Source of the DNA: Candidatus Gottesmanbacteria bacterium RIFOXYB1_FULL_47_11
GTDB lineage: Bacteria > Patescibacteriota > Microgenomatia > UBA10105 > UBA927
Length of the DNA stretch: 40,430 nt
Assembly: GCA_001779455.1 (NCBI GenBank)
Contig: MFKE01000020.1
Location: forward strand, 1 to 40,430
Direction: 5' to 3'
The number at the start of each line of letters is the position of its first letter. Position 1 is the first letter of the stretch. The notes beneath the pieces are model-generated. The model was not told the DNA's origin, searched no databases, and was given only the letters and a program-made list of their open reading frames with translations. Positions 23,583-32,018 of this stretch are shown in pieces. A program made the position numbers and the translations under genes.

Positions 23583-24260
23583 AACCACTCTAGTTTCCAT
23601 AAGCCAAACGTAAGCCTTGTGTGCCGCTTTGTGCAGGGTTTCAACCTGATCTGGGATACTTTGCCCTCTCAACATACTGGTAGGCACAAGAATTGTAAAC
23701 CCGTCAACTTTATCCTGCAGGTAGATACTTTCATATTTCGACTGCAGCTTCTCCTTAAGTTGCTCGAGGTACGCTGCCTTTTTGAGCCTGTAACCCCTTT
23801 GCACAACGTGAAACATCATCATCGGAGCGCTCGTATCCCCGGATTGAATGAGAAATGGCAGATGGATTTCTTTTGCGTATACCTCCAGCTCGTTGATAAA
23901 GGCTTTTACGTCTTGGTTGCCAGCGTGGAATAACCGATCGGAATAAAGTAAGGAAAACGGATAGTACCGGGTCACAAATCCCCAGAACCAATCATGGATT
24001 GTTTGTATGACTTCAAAAAGCACAATACGCCACCCTCTATCCCAACTCTCCCGTTTCTTTTCGTCTGTTCCGGGAGCGTACGCGAAGTGACACAAAAAGA
24101 GTATGAGAGATTTAGGAAGGATGAGAATATACGCTAAGACAACAATGAGTATGCTCAACACCACAAGCCCAAGTGAAATATGCAGCCAGTCAAGAACATT
24201 TACCAATAGAAAGAAAGCAAGTATCCCGGCGAGTATTTTCCATTGTGTTTTGGTGCTCAT
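23544..24260 (-). CDS. hypothetical membrane protein
   Basis: 238 aa with two N-terminal TM helices and a soluble C-terminal domain. It is the last gene of a 3-gene minus-strand unit and overlaps the ATPase 3' end convergently by 39 nt. Confidence 0.5.
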   Translation of the reverse strand: MSTKTQWKILAGILAFFLLVNVLDWLHISLGLVVLSILIVVLAYILILPKSLILFLCHFAYAPGTDEKKRESWDRGWRIVLFEVIQTIHDWFWGFVTRYYPFSLLYSDRLFHAGNQDVKAFINELEVYAKEIHLPFLIQSGDTSAPMMMFHVVQRGYRLKKAAYLEQLKEKLQSKYESIYLQDKVDGFTILVPTSMLRGQSIPDQVETLHKAAHKAYVWLMETRVVLKIFTKKFFLCG

Positions 24261-24262
24261 AT

Positions 24263-24520
24263 TTACTGGTCAAATCCCCCGGAATCTTCAGCTGTACTAC
24301 CAAACTCCTCGTACCCCCGATCCATACAAGTATCGTACAGATCCGTGTTATTGGGCTGCTGGTCTGTAATAACGCTACATACTCTTTTTAAATGATCGTC
24401 GAGTTCCTTTTCCTTTCTCTGGTTATATAATATGAACTCTCTATTTGCCAACAAAAGCCCGCCAACAACCACAAGTATCCAAAATATAACTCTTGCGCTG
24501 TCTGTTAATTTGTTTCTCAT
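24263..24520 (-). CDS. hypothetical small membrane protein
   Basis: 85 aa with one TM helix (VIFWILVVVGGLLLA). It is separated by 2 nt from the downstream gene. Confidence 0.45.
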   Translation of the reverse strand: MRNKLTDSARVIFWILVVVGGLLLANREFILYNQRKEKELDDHLKRVCSVITDQQPNNTDLYDTCMDRGYEEFGSTAEDSGGFDQ

Positions 24521-24559
24521 TTTTCCTCCTCTGCTAGTTTTACAAACTATGCAAAAACC

Positions 24560-25471
24560 TCATCTTTTTCCAAAAATGAACACAGCAAATAAGCCAGCAA
24601 CTCCACCGCAACCGTTTTGCCATTTTCTATCTTCAAGTGACTCTTTGTGTCCCGTTTGAGATCTTGCCCATCCCCATTCAACAATATGGACGCCCAATTG
24701 GTTTTGTACCCCGCCGTATAGTATTTCTCCCATGGCGTCAAAGTCTGTTTGATTTCGCGCATACTTTTCAAACCCAGCATGACTATCAAGCGACCCATAC
24801 GACAACTGCTCATTGGCTCTATTTTGTGCGATGCTACACAATAGGTCATTCTTCTCAAGCGTTCCTATCCCATGAGCTTTTCTGTATTCATTGACTGCAA
24901 CAAAAAGTTCTTCTGATGTAGACATTCGCGAGTCTGCGGGGTGTGCACAGGCTGTAGTTTTATCATCCAAAACCTCACAGCTCCAGTCCACCGCCTTTTG
25001 AGTATTCTGTATAATTTTTTTTGCTTGAATTGTTGTAACAACGGGGACAATAGGCGAAGCGCCTATATTTTCTGTCAGAGATGCTCCTGCACTAGCATCA
25101 CTAGATACTGGTGTAGAAATTATTGGCGTAGAAGATCGGTTTGCCAGTTTTTGGTAATCGTACACGAGCACAGATATGCATCCAAGTACCAATATCACTA
25201 TGAATGAAATAATAAACTTCTTGGAAAATAAAAACTGTATTATTCTTCTACCAAATAATTTAATGACGGTTGCTGCGAGAAATAAAAATGAGAATACTCC
25301 AATAATGACCGATGCCAACATAACCAGCGATTGACTATCTGTATAAAACCCATTGCTGGGAGCTCGAAACAAAAATGAGGCACCGAAAAACGAGATGATT
25401 GAGCATGCCCATATTAACCCAGACAGCAGAAATAATTTGTGCAAATATACTCTGTTCTTATTGGTTTTCAT
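24560..25471 (-). CDS. membrane protein with C-terminal CAP/SCP (PR-1-like) domain
   Basis: It has three N-terminal TM helices. The C-terminal region LFVAVNEYRKAHGIGTL...CSIAQNRANEQ...HAGF...GEIL...W...S.GHKESL resembles YkwD/CAP domains. Confidence 0.5.
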   Translation of the reverse strand: MKTNKNRVYLHKLFLLSGLIWACSIISFFGASFLFRAPSNGFYTDSQSLVMLASVIIGVFSFLFLAATVIKLFGRRIIQFLFSKKFIISFIVILVLGCISVLVYDYQKLANRSSTPIISTPVSSDASAGASLTENIGASPIVPVVTTIQAKKIIQNTQKAVDWSCEVLDDKTTACAHPADSRMSTSEELFVAVNEYRKAHGIGTLEKNDLLCSIAQNRANEQLSYGSLDSHAGFEKYARNQTDFDAMGEILYGGVQNQLGVHIVEWGWARSQTGHKESLEDRKWQNGCGGVAGLFAVFIFGKR

Positions 25472-25573
25472 GATTCTAAATGATGCTAATCGACTCTAAT
25501 TGAGCTAGTTAAACCACACAAAAAAGCCCTTCGCCAGCGATGACTTGCGCCACCTACCATCCTTTCGGACGAT

Positions 25574-25617
25574 AACCTACTAGGTGCTCTGACGAAGAGC
25601 TTACTTCCTAGTAGGTT
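25574..25617. other. nested perfect hairpin in divergent intergenic region
   Basis: AACCTACTAGG ... CCTAGTAGGTT forms an 11-bp perfect outer stem enclosing GCTCT-gacga-AGAGC. It is followed by TTTG on the plus strand. Confidence 0.4.
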
Positions 25618-25709
25618 TTGTATGCCATGCCAACTATTACTAATCGGTTTAGGCAACTAACTGACTTGATTTTAGCATAATAACGTCAAAAATAATCCAA
25701 AGGAGTAAA

Positions 25710-26420
25710 ATGTATTCAGATCATATGAAAAATATAAAATCTTTCCCCGACAGCGATCCTGCATTCAACCAATTCATTAAACTCTATAGAGATACTGAAT
25801 TCCAATCATTCTGTGATCAAGCAAAAGCTGAGCTGTTTGAAGGCAGTGTCATGGTACGAAACCGAAGAATTCTGCTCAATTCATCAATCGCGTTGTGCAA
25901 AAGAAAAATTAGAGAGTTTATTTACAACAAACAGCTTCCAAATACATGGATAGAACCGATATACAGCATAATTAGCGGTAGGCGGGCCAATCTCCCTCCG
26001 GATAACGGAATTTCTATCAAAGTTGGAGGAACCGACATTGCCTCAGAAGGAGACAATATTATATTGATCCGCAAACCAAATGGAATGCTAATGGACACAG
26101 ACACCTCATTGTCGATTGTCGTATCAACAAAAATGAGCACAGATTATTTGGTAAAGTTTATCCAAGAAAACAGTGAACAAATTCAATATTATTTGAAAAT
26201 ACTTGAGTTACCGAAGCACCAGCATATGCCATGGAAAAAAACCATACTAGCGCTTGAAATTATTTACATGAAGGATGAAGAAAATCTTACCTTTGACCAG
26301 ATTGCAGACAAACTCACAAAGAAAGAGGACATTACCATGGAAGAAGCGGATTATTTAGCGACGACTGAAAATATAAAAACGCTGTATTACCGCTACAAAA
26401 AGCTGCTTCAGTCACCATAG
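25710..26420 (+). CDS. hypothetical protein with possible C-terminal HTH
   Basis: 236 aa preceded by aaaggag. The C-terminal EENLTFDQIADKLTKKEDITMEEADY is sigma-70 region-4/LuxR-like. This is a weak assignment. Confidence 0.45.
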   Translation: MYSDHMKNIKSFPDSDPAFNQFIKLYRDTEFQSFCDQAKAELFEGSVMVRNRRILLNSSIALCKRKIREFIYNKQLPNTWIEPIYSIISGRRANLPPDNGISIKVGGTDIASEGDNIILIRKPNGMLMDTDTSLSIVVSTKMSTDYLVKFIQENSEQIQYYLKILELPKHQHMPWKKTILALEIIYMKDEENLTFDQIADKLTKKEDITMEEADYLATTENIKTLYYRYKKLLQSP

Positions 26421-26485
26421 TTTCAGAAATACCCCCCTAAAAAGAAACTGATCTTCCCATTCCTGTCGCCTACCATGCGAGTTAT

Positions 26486-26728
26486 ATGGACAACGACATA
26501 GAATATGAAACCAAAGATTTCTTCTTGAGCGCGTGCATTCTGGCTACCGGGGCAAAAATTACCAAGGTTATCCGGCAAGAAGATAAAACCTGCGTTTTCG
26601 TTTTTAATATCACGCCGGATAGCGCAAAAGAAATAATCAGAAAACACTGGAACAACGAACTCCTACTCCCCACCCGTTCACTCATTGACGCAATCCATGA
26701 ACTCAAAAGCCGCATTTACGAGTCATAA
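26486..26728 (+). CDS. DUF5659 domain protein
   Basis: DFFLSACILATGAKI...DKTCVFVFNITPDSAKEIIRKHWNNELLLPTRSLIDAIHELKSRIY matches the DUF5659 pattern as I recall it. That family often sits beside recombinases in CPR mobile DNA. Confidence 0.7.
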   Translation: MDNDIEYETKDFFLSACILATGAKITKVIRQEDKTCVFVFNITPDSAKEIIRKHWNNELLLPTRSLIDAIHELKSRIYES

Positions 26729-26730
26729 CT

Positions 26731-26883
26731 ATGTCAATCGAACGGAAAATCACCATAAAACGTGCAAGAGAAATCCTCGGAGACAAGAGTGATAATCTTT
26801 CGGATAAGCAAATAGCTATTGTCTTGAATTCGTTATATGCTTTGTCAGAAAGGATCACGCAAGCCGTGACCAAAACAATATGA
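26731..26883 (+). CDS. small ORF translationally coupled to the serine recombinase (50 aa)
   Basis: MSIERKITIKRAREILGDKSDNLSDKQIAIVLNSLYALSERITQAVTKTI*. Its TGA overlaps the recombinase ATG (ATGA at 26880-26883). It is below the ORF-track cutoff. Confidence 0.4.
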   Translation: MSIERKITIKRAREILGDKSDNLSDKQIAIVLNSLYALSERITQAVTKTI

Positions 26884-28487
26884 AGGCTCTTATATACTGT
26901 CGCGTCAGCTCGGAACGTCAGGTAACTGAAGGAAGCGGTTTGACCAGCCAAGAGCAACGCTGCCGTCAATACGCGGAAAATAAACAATACAACGTCTCAA
27001 AAGTCTTTGCGGATGAAGGAGTTTCTGGGGGCCTATTCGACAGGCCGGCAATGCTCCAGCTCATTGATTATTTGGATACCCATGCATATGAACAATTCGT
27101 CATCATATTTGATGACCTAGCTCGTTTTGCTCGCGATCTTCAGGTGCATCTGAAACTCAAAACTGAACTCGTGTCTAGAGGAGCGACACTAGAGAGTCCT
27201 AATTTTAAATTTGAGGATTCTCCGGAAGGTGAGTTTATAGAAAACGTGCTCGCCTCAAAAGCACAGCTGGACAGACACCAAAACAAACGACAGGTCATCC
27301 AAAAAATGAAAGCGCGTGCGGAATCCGGTTTCTGGCCCTTCTGTCTCCCGCCGGGTCTCAAAAACCATAGGGATCCCTTACGCGGAAAAGTCTCCTCACC
27401 CGATGAACCGATCGCTTCAATTTTTAAGTCAGCTATTGAAGGATACCGCGATCGGATTCTACTTACGCAGCTCGACGTGGTAGATTATATTCAAGAACAA
27501 TATAAGTTAAAAGGAATAAGCCGCGCCATATCGCTTCATGGAGTACAAAGACTACTCACGGAAATTTTGTATACCGGTTACATCGAATATCCGCACTGGG
27601 GCATAACAAGAAGAAAAGGAGCTCACCAAGGATTCATTACGATTGAGACACACGATGAAGTTTTGAAAATTCTAAATGACCGTACAAAACCAAAAGTGAG
27701 ACGAGACACAAATCCGGAATTCCCGCTAAGAGGCCTCATTTTATGCCAAGACTGCAAAAAACCAATGACAGCGAGCTTTAATACGAGCCGCAACGGACAA
27801 CGATATCCGAATTATTTTTGCAAAACCAACGGTTGCCCTTTACAAAACAAGATTATCCATCGAAAAGATCTTGAAGACAAATTTGTAGCAATTTTACACA
27901 CAGCGAAACTGGATAAGTCCACAAAAAATCTGGCTATTGAAGTGCTTACCGACGTCTGGAGCCAACAACAGGCACAGATGATAGATGCTCAAACCGCTCA
28001 TGAGCGCGTAAAGCGGGAATTATTGGGTGAAATCGATTCTGTAACCACACGTATTAAAAAGACTAAAAATGAATCGCTAGTCCCAGTCTATGAAGAAGAA
28101 CTCATTAAACTTCAAAAACAAAAAGAAGACTTGAACACTCAACACATCCCATCAAACTTCACTCAAGAACAGTTTGGAACCGCTACGAGGAAAGTAATCG
28201 ACACACTGGAAAATCCAGTCGGGATGTGGCAAACCGAAGATCTGAACGACAGACTGACCGTATTCTTCATGCATTTTGACCAAAAATTGGTCTATGACAG
28301 AGAATTGGGATTTGGAACCGCAACTTTAGGGCAGTCTGTCAGCATAATTCGCTCTTTGGGGAGCGAAAAAATATCTAGTGTGGAGACGGAGAGTAATGAG
28401 CTCTCGTCCAGAACGATATCCCTTAACATATCTACAGGCGTAGTCAATCAATATTGTCATCTTTTTTGTGGCCGGTTGACAGGCTAA
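26880..28487 (+). CDS. large serine recombinase (integrase)
   Basis: Resolvase domain (LIYCRVSSERQ, DDLARFARD), recombinase domain and zinc-ribbon-like CQDCKKPMT...FCKTNGC, followed by a coiled-coil region. The last ~35 codons are antisense to ssrA. Confidence 0.9.
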   Translation: MKALIYCRVSSERQVTEGSGLTSQEQRCRQYAENKQYNVSKVFADEGVSGGLFDRPAMLQLIDYLDTHAYEQFVIIFDDLARFARDLQVHLKLKTELVSRGATLESPNFKFEDSPEGEFIENVLASKAQLDRHQNKRQVIQKMKARAESGFWPFCLPPGLKNHRDPLRGKVSSPDEPIASIFKSAIEGYRDRILLTQLDVVDYIQEQYKLKGISRAISLHGVQRLLTEILYTGYIEYPHWGITRRKGAHQGFITIETHDEVLKILNDRTKPKVRRDTNPEFPLRGLILCQDCKKPMTASFNTSRNGQRYPNYFCKTNGCPLQNKIIHRKDLEDKFVAILHTAKLDKSTKNLAIEVLTDVWSQQQAQMIDAQTAHERVKRELLGEIDSVTTRIKKTKNESLVPVYEEELIKLQKQKEDLNTQHIPSNFTQEQFGTATRKVIDTLENPVGMWQTEDLNDRLTVFFMHFDQKLVYDRELGFGTATLGQSVSIIRSLGSEKISSVETESNELSSRTISLNISTGVVNQYCHLFCGRLTG

Positions 28488-28757
28488 AAAAGATCAAGAT
28501 GTATTGGGCTTCATCAGAGTGGAACATCAAACCACGCTAACTGCACCTTGGCTTTGTTTACACCGTAAGAACGTCACCAAAGAAACATTCAAACGATGGC
28601 CTTAGGCGTAAAGAACAGCGAACTGTCTCTTCGCGAAATAGGCTGCTTGGGCTTGTTCAGCGTCAGCATTTAGTTTTTGAACCGTGTTTTGCGACTCCTG
28701 TTCAAAGTCGGCCTGCAATGTCAAAGAACTTCGGACTGTCGAATCTTGTACGTCCCC
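28381..28757 (-). ncRNA. ssrA: tmRNA (ssrA)
   Basis: On the reverse strand, the 5' end GGGGACGTACAAGATTCGACAG and the 3' end GGAC-GAGAG-CTCATTA-CTCTC-CGTCTCC-A form a 7-bp acceptor stem with G3-U70. The internal tag frame at 28667..28602 is GCT GAC GCT ... TAC GCC TAA, giving ADAEQAQAAYFAKRQFAVLYA*. It lies 1 nt downstream of smpB. No CCA is encoded. Confidence 0.8.
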
Positions 28758-28758
28758 A

Positions 28759-29202
28759 TTATTTCACTTTCCCCCGAAATTCCCGCTCAAGTTCAATTTT
28801 CTGATCTTCCTTCCGCTTTGCTTCACGCTTCTCATACTGTTTTTTGCCGCGCGCAAGGCCGATTTCCAGCTTCACCAGAGGGCCTCTAGTATACCAGGAA
28901 AGCGGTACCAGGGTCAAATTAGCGCCATCAATTTTACTTTTGAGGCGGATAAGCTCGGATTTATGAAGCAGCAGCTTCCGTGTACGCTTGGGGTCATACC
29001 CATCCGGCCGTGCGTAGATATACGGGAATATCTGCGCGTTCACCAGATACGCCTCTGAGCCTATAATCCGCACAAACGCACCGGTCAGCTGCGCGTGACC
29101 GCCTTTCACGGATTTGACCTCGGCGCCCGTAAGGCTCACTCCCGCCTCAATGCGCTCGATAATCTCATATTCAAAGGTGGCTTTTTTGTTGAAAATCTTC
29201 AT
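28759..29202 (-). CDS. smpB: SsrA-binding protein
   Basis: KATFEYEIIERIEAGVSLTGAEVKSVK...HKSELIRL...GLARGKKQYEKR is the canonical SmpB sequence pattern. 147 aa. Confidence 0.95.
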   Translation of the reverse strand: MKIFNKKATFEYEIIERIEAGVSLTGAEVKSVKGGHAQLTGAFVRIIGSEAYLVNAQIFPYIYARPDGYDPKRTRKLLLHKSELIRLKSKIDGANLTLVPLSWYTRGPLVKLEIGLARGKKQYEKREAKRKEDQKIELEREFRGKVK

Positions 29203-31064
29203 TTAAGCGTTATAGCGTAGAGTTTGCCATCTGACAAGAGGAATATTTTTTTGAGCTCTTCGGAAACTACTAATTCAATAGGAACAATATCCGTCCAGGT
29301 GTACTGCGCCAGATACGTACCGTCTTTTTCAAGTACCACAATGCGCTTATTGTCGCTGTCCAGGATATATAAATTTTTCACCTCGTCACTGGTGTATACC
29401 AAGAGTGTACTACCAAAGGCCGGCTCGACTCCCTTGGGAACAAACGTGTCCTCTCTCCCCTGAGTAAACTTAAGTATCTTGCCTGTTTTGGTACCCACCC
29501 AGACTGACCCGTCGATTGCCATATTGGTGGCAGTGGAAAAATCGGGAAGCGTATCGGGATTGAGATACTCGCGCATGGTGGTAAACCCCCATTGTGCACC
29601 GGCAGATTGAGTGGCTGTCTGACTGTCCGTTACGACATATTTCCAAATTCTCCCTTTCTGGGTATCCAAGAGATATTGATTGCCTCCGTAGGCAACCAGT
29701 GACGCGATGTCTCCCCACTCCGGATTTTTCGGAATCACCGCCTGAACGGTTTTGTTATCAGTGCGCCGCGCCTGATGAATACCGGCGCCAACCAACACAT
29801 ATATGTTGTCCCCATGAATACTTGTAGAAGAAAGTCCCGCATAGGAGGGGCCGCCGCCGACAATCGTCGATTTTTTACTGGTCACATCAAGGGCTATCAC
29901 GGTTGTCGTTGTGGGATCGACAATCGCAATCGTTTTGTCCTCAAATCCAATGTGAGAAATAGTCCCGCCTTTTTTTACCAGGCCCGCATCAAAAAACAAT
30001 TCCGGCTTTATGGAATAAATCTGCATCGCGCCGGTTAAATTGTCGGTAATCAGACGGTATACCTCGGCAATTTCACGTCCTTGAACGGACTTCGGCGGTA
30101 TTGACGCTACATATGGATCCAATAGTGTTTTTGCCTGCACAAGCCGTTCCCTCCCCTTCACCGGGTTAAGGCTCATGAGCGCCATCCCTTCATCCAGTGC
30201 GTGGCGCGCATCAGACAGCGCGGCTGATGCGGACTGATTTTTCACCTGAAATCCCTGTTTGGCTATCCCCAGAATGACCGAAATTCCGAAGAGTGTGATA
30301 AGGACGATTGCCAGGAGGGCTGTTGTTTTTTTCGGGTGAGCCCGGAGGCGCTGAACATCGCGTTTCAATACCGAAACCGAGAGATGATGCCTGATGTTGG
30401 CAATACGGCGCGGATGAAAATACCGCAAGAGCGACTTCCCCTCATGCATTGCTTTCACAAACATTGGTTTACCCAGCTTCTCACCAATTGGTTCACCGTC
30501 AAGATCACCGGCATCATCCTGAAATTGCATCACGATGGCCGCGCTTCCCTCCCCTGAGGGTCTTTCGTGCAAAAGGAGCGTTAACCGTTCGGCAACTTCA
30601 GCGGGCGTGAGATGGTCAAATATAGTCGCGGCATCTTCCTGCGTCAGCGTATGGGAAAATTCAGCAGAAGCCAAAATAATGGAATCTCCCGGCTTAATCT
30701 CTCCGGAAATTGATCCCGAATTATGGAGAAGCCGGGAAAATTCGTGTCCGCGCCTGATGTATACATCGCCGCCGCCATGCAAAACAATATAGACCACGGG
30801 TCCGACCGGCACACACAAAATCACGGTTTGTACGCCTTGGTTGGCAACATCCTTAACAATTTGCTTTAGAGCTTCAAGACTTGTGGGCGCATCTGCGAGT
30901 TTCTGCCCGAGTGTGCTCAACAGATGGATGCCCGCAGCACGGGCACCGCCGTCATCATATGCAATTTCTACCACGCCGTATGCATTTGGCTGAATTAACA
31001 CCTGACCCCAATGTGTCTCATTCGTCGGTCCCACGACAGAACCAACGATCGGTTTGCCTGCCAT
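29199..31064 (-). CDS. hypothetical single-pass membrane protein, C-terminal repeat (beta-propeller-like) domain
   Basis: 621 aa with a cytoplasmic N-terminal domain, one TM helix (TTALLAIVLITLFGISVILGIA) and a large C-terminal domain with repeated G/Y/V-rich strands. No confident family. Confidence 0.55.
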   Translation of the reverse strand: MAGKPIVGSVVGPTNETHWGQVLIQPNAYGVVEIAYDDGGARAAGIHLLSTLGQKLADAPTSLEALKQIVKDVANQGVQTVILCVPVGPVVYIVLHGGGDVYIRRGHEFSRLLHNSGSISGEIKPGDSIILASAEFSHTLTQEDAATIFDHLTPAEVAERLTLLLHERPSGEGSAAIVMQFQDDAGDLDGEPIGEKLGKPMFVKAMHEGKSLLRYFHPRRIANIRHHLSVSVLKRDVQRLRAHPKKTTALLAIVLITLFGISVILGIAKQGFQVKNQSASAALSDARHALDEGMALMSLNPVKGRERLVQAKTLLDPYVASIPPKSVQGREIAEVYRLITDNLTGAMQIYSIKPELFFDAGLVKKGGTISHIGFEDKTIAIVDPTTTTVIALDVTSKKSTIVGGGPSYAGLSSTSIHGDNIYVLVGAGIHQARRTDNKTVQAVIPKNPEWGDIASLVAYGGNQYLLDTQKGRIWKYVVTDSQTATQSAGAQWGFTTMREYLNPDTLPDFSTATNMAIDGSVWVGTKTGKILKFTQGREDTFVPKGVEPAFGSTLLVYTSDEVKNLYILDSDNKRIVVLEKDGTYLAQYTWTDIVPIELVVSEELKKIFLLSDGKLYAITLK

Positions 31065-31097
31065 ACTATTATCTTAGCATGCGGGGTAAACAGAGGG

Positions 31098-31316
31098 TTA
31101 GAGAAGAATGAGGGCAAACAGAAAGAGAACACACGCAAGAATGAGGTGAACGATCACAAGCATCCGGAGCATCGGCTCAAACGATTCCTCCAACACTCCT
31201 GCCATAAGCTGTTCCTGCCGGACCAGCACCCCGGCAAATGCACCATATAAAGCAATGCCTATAAGAAAAAAAACTTTCAGAATGACCAATACATACCCTG
31301 ATATTTCCGGCATCAT
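31098..31316 (-). CDS. small membrane protein
   Basis: 72 aa with two hydrophobic helices. Its start overlaps the upstream stop by 4 nt. Confidence 0.45.
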   Translation of the reverse strand: MMPEISGYVLVILKVFFLIGIALYGAFAGVLVRQEQLMAGVLEESFEPMLRMLVIVHLILACVLFLFALILL

Positions 31317-31975
31317 AGTGCGCCCCCTCCCTCATTTTCCGTCAGTTCCCGTATCGTCTGCACGACTTTTTCCGGGTACGGTACGGCCTCAAACTCCAAA
31401 TTCGGGGACTCTCCGGCCGTCTGGATATTGACGTGGCCGTAATTAAAAAGCGTTGCCAAAATTCCGCCGCTTGTATAACTCAAGTCCTGAATCTTTGAAA
31501 GCTCCGCAACGGAAAACTTCTTGTACAGGAGATAATAAAAATCAATGTCGACAATCCGTTCGTTCGTCACAATATAAATGTTGAAAAACCACCCGATAAA
31601 ACTCGAGAGGGCAAACCCGAATGTGGCAAGATACCAAAATATTGTGCCGATGAGGAAAAAGGCGGGCGGCAGCGGCACATTCAGGCTGATTGCTTCAAAC
31701 AACCGTGGGAAAATAATAGTCGGCGCGATTAAAAGGACGATGGTTGCGATAATCCAGGGGATATTCACGATGATATGCTGGCGCAAAAATAATATAACCT
31801 TTTCTTCTTCTTCCTGTGTCTCAAAGCGGAGTCCCGACGGGTTTACGGCGAATGCTGTAAGCGGACCCATATGGGTCGGCGGCTGGCCATTGGTGGAAAA
31901 CGGTTTTTTGAACGCATGCTTCACCGCAGGTTTATGGTGCTTGGGCGCAGTCGGGGATACATATAAAGTCGGCAT
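31313..31975 (-). CDS. membrane protein with bacterial PH (bPH_2/YdbT-like) domain
   Basis: Two TM helices followed by IVTNERIVDIDFYYLLYKKFSVAELSKIQDLSYTSGGILATLFNYGHVNIQTAG. I chose the internal Met start (MPTLYV...) to avoid overlap with spoIID. Confidence 0.6.
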   Translation of the reverse strand: MPTLYVSPTAPKHHKPAVKHAFKKPFSTNGQPPTHMGPLTAFAVNPSGLRFETQEEEEKVILFLRQHIIVNIPWIIATIVLLIAPTIIFPRLFEAISLNVPLPPAFFLIGTIFWYLATFGFALSSFIGWFFNIYIVTNERIVDIDFYYLLYKKFSVAELSKIQDLSYTSGGILATLFNYGHVNIQTAGESPNLEFEAVPYPEKVVQTIRELTENEGGGAL

Positions 31976-32018
31976 CTTCCTAAAAATACTACAAATCCGG
32001 AAAATACACAATCCGAAC

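Larger units (their letters stand above)
20030..28487. mobile_element. AT-rich accessory block 2 (integrative island abutting ssrA; boundaries approximate)
   Basis: The GC drop begins just after comF (~20.03-20.07 kb). The block ends with a large serine recombinase whose 3' end overlaps the 3' end of ssrA in antisense. Its cargo is a terS-like gene, a candidate ABC-3C locus and DUF5659. Confidence 0.5.
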
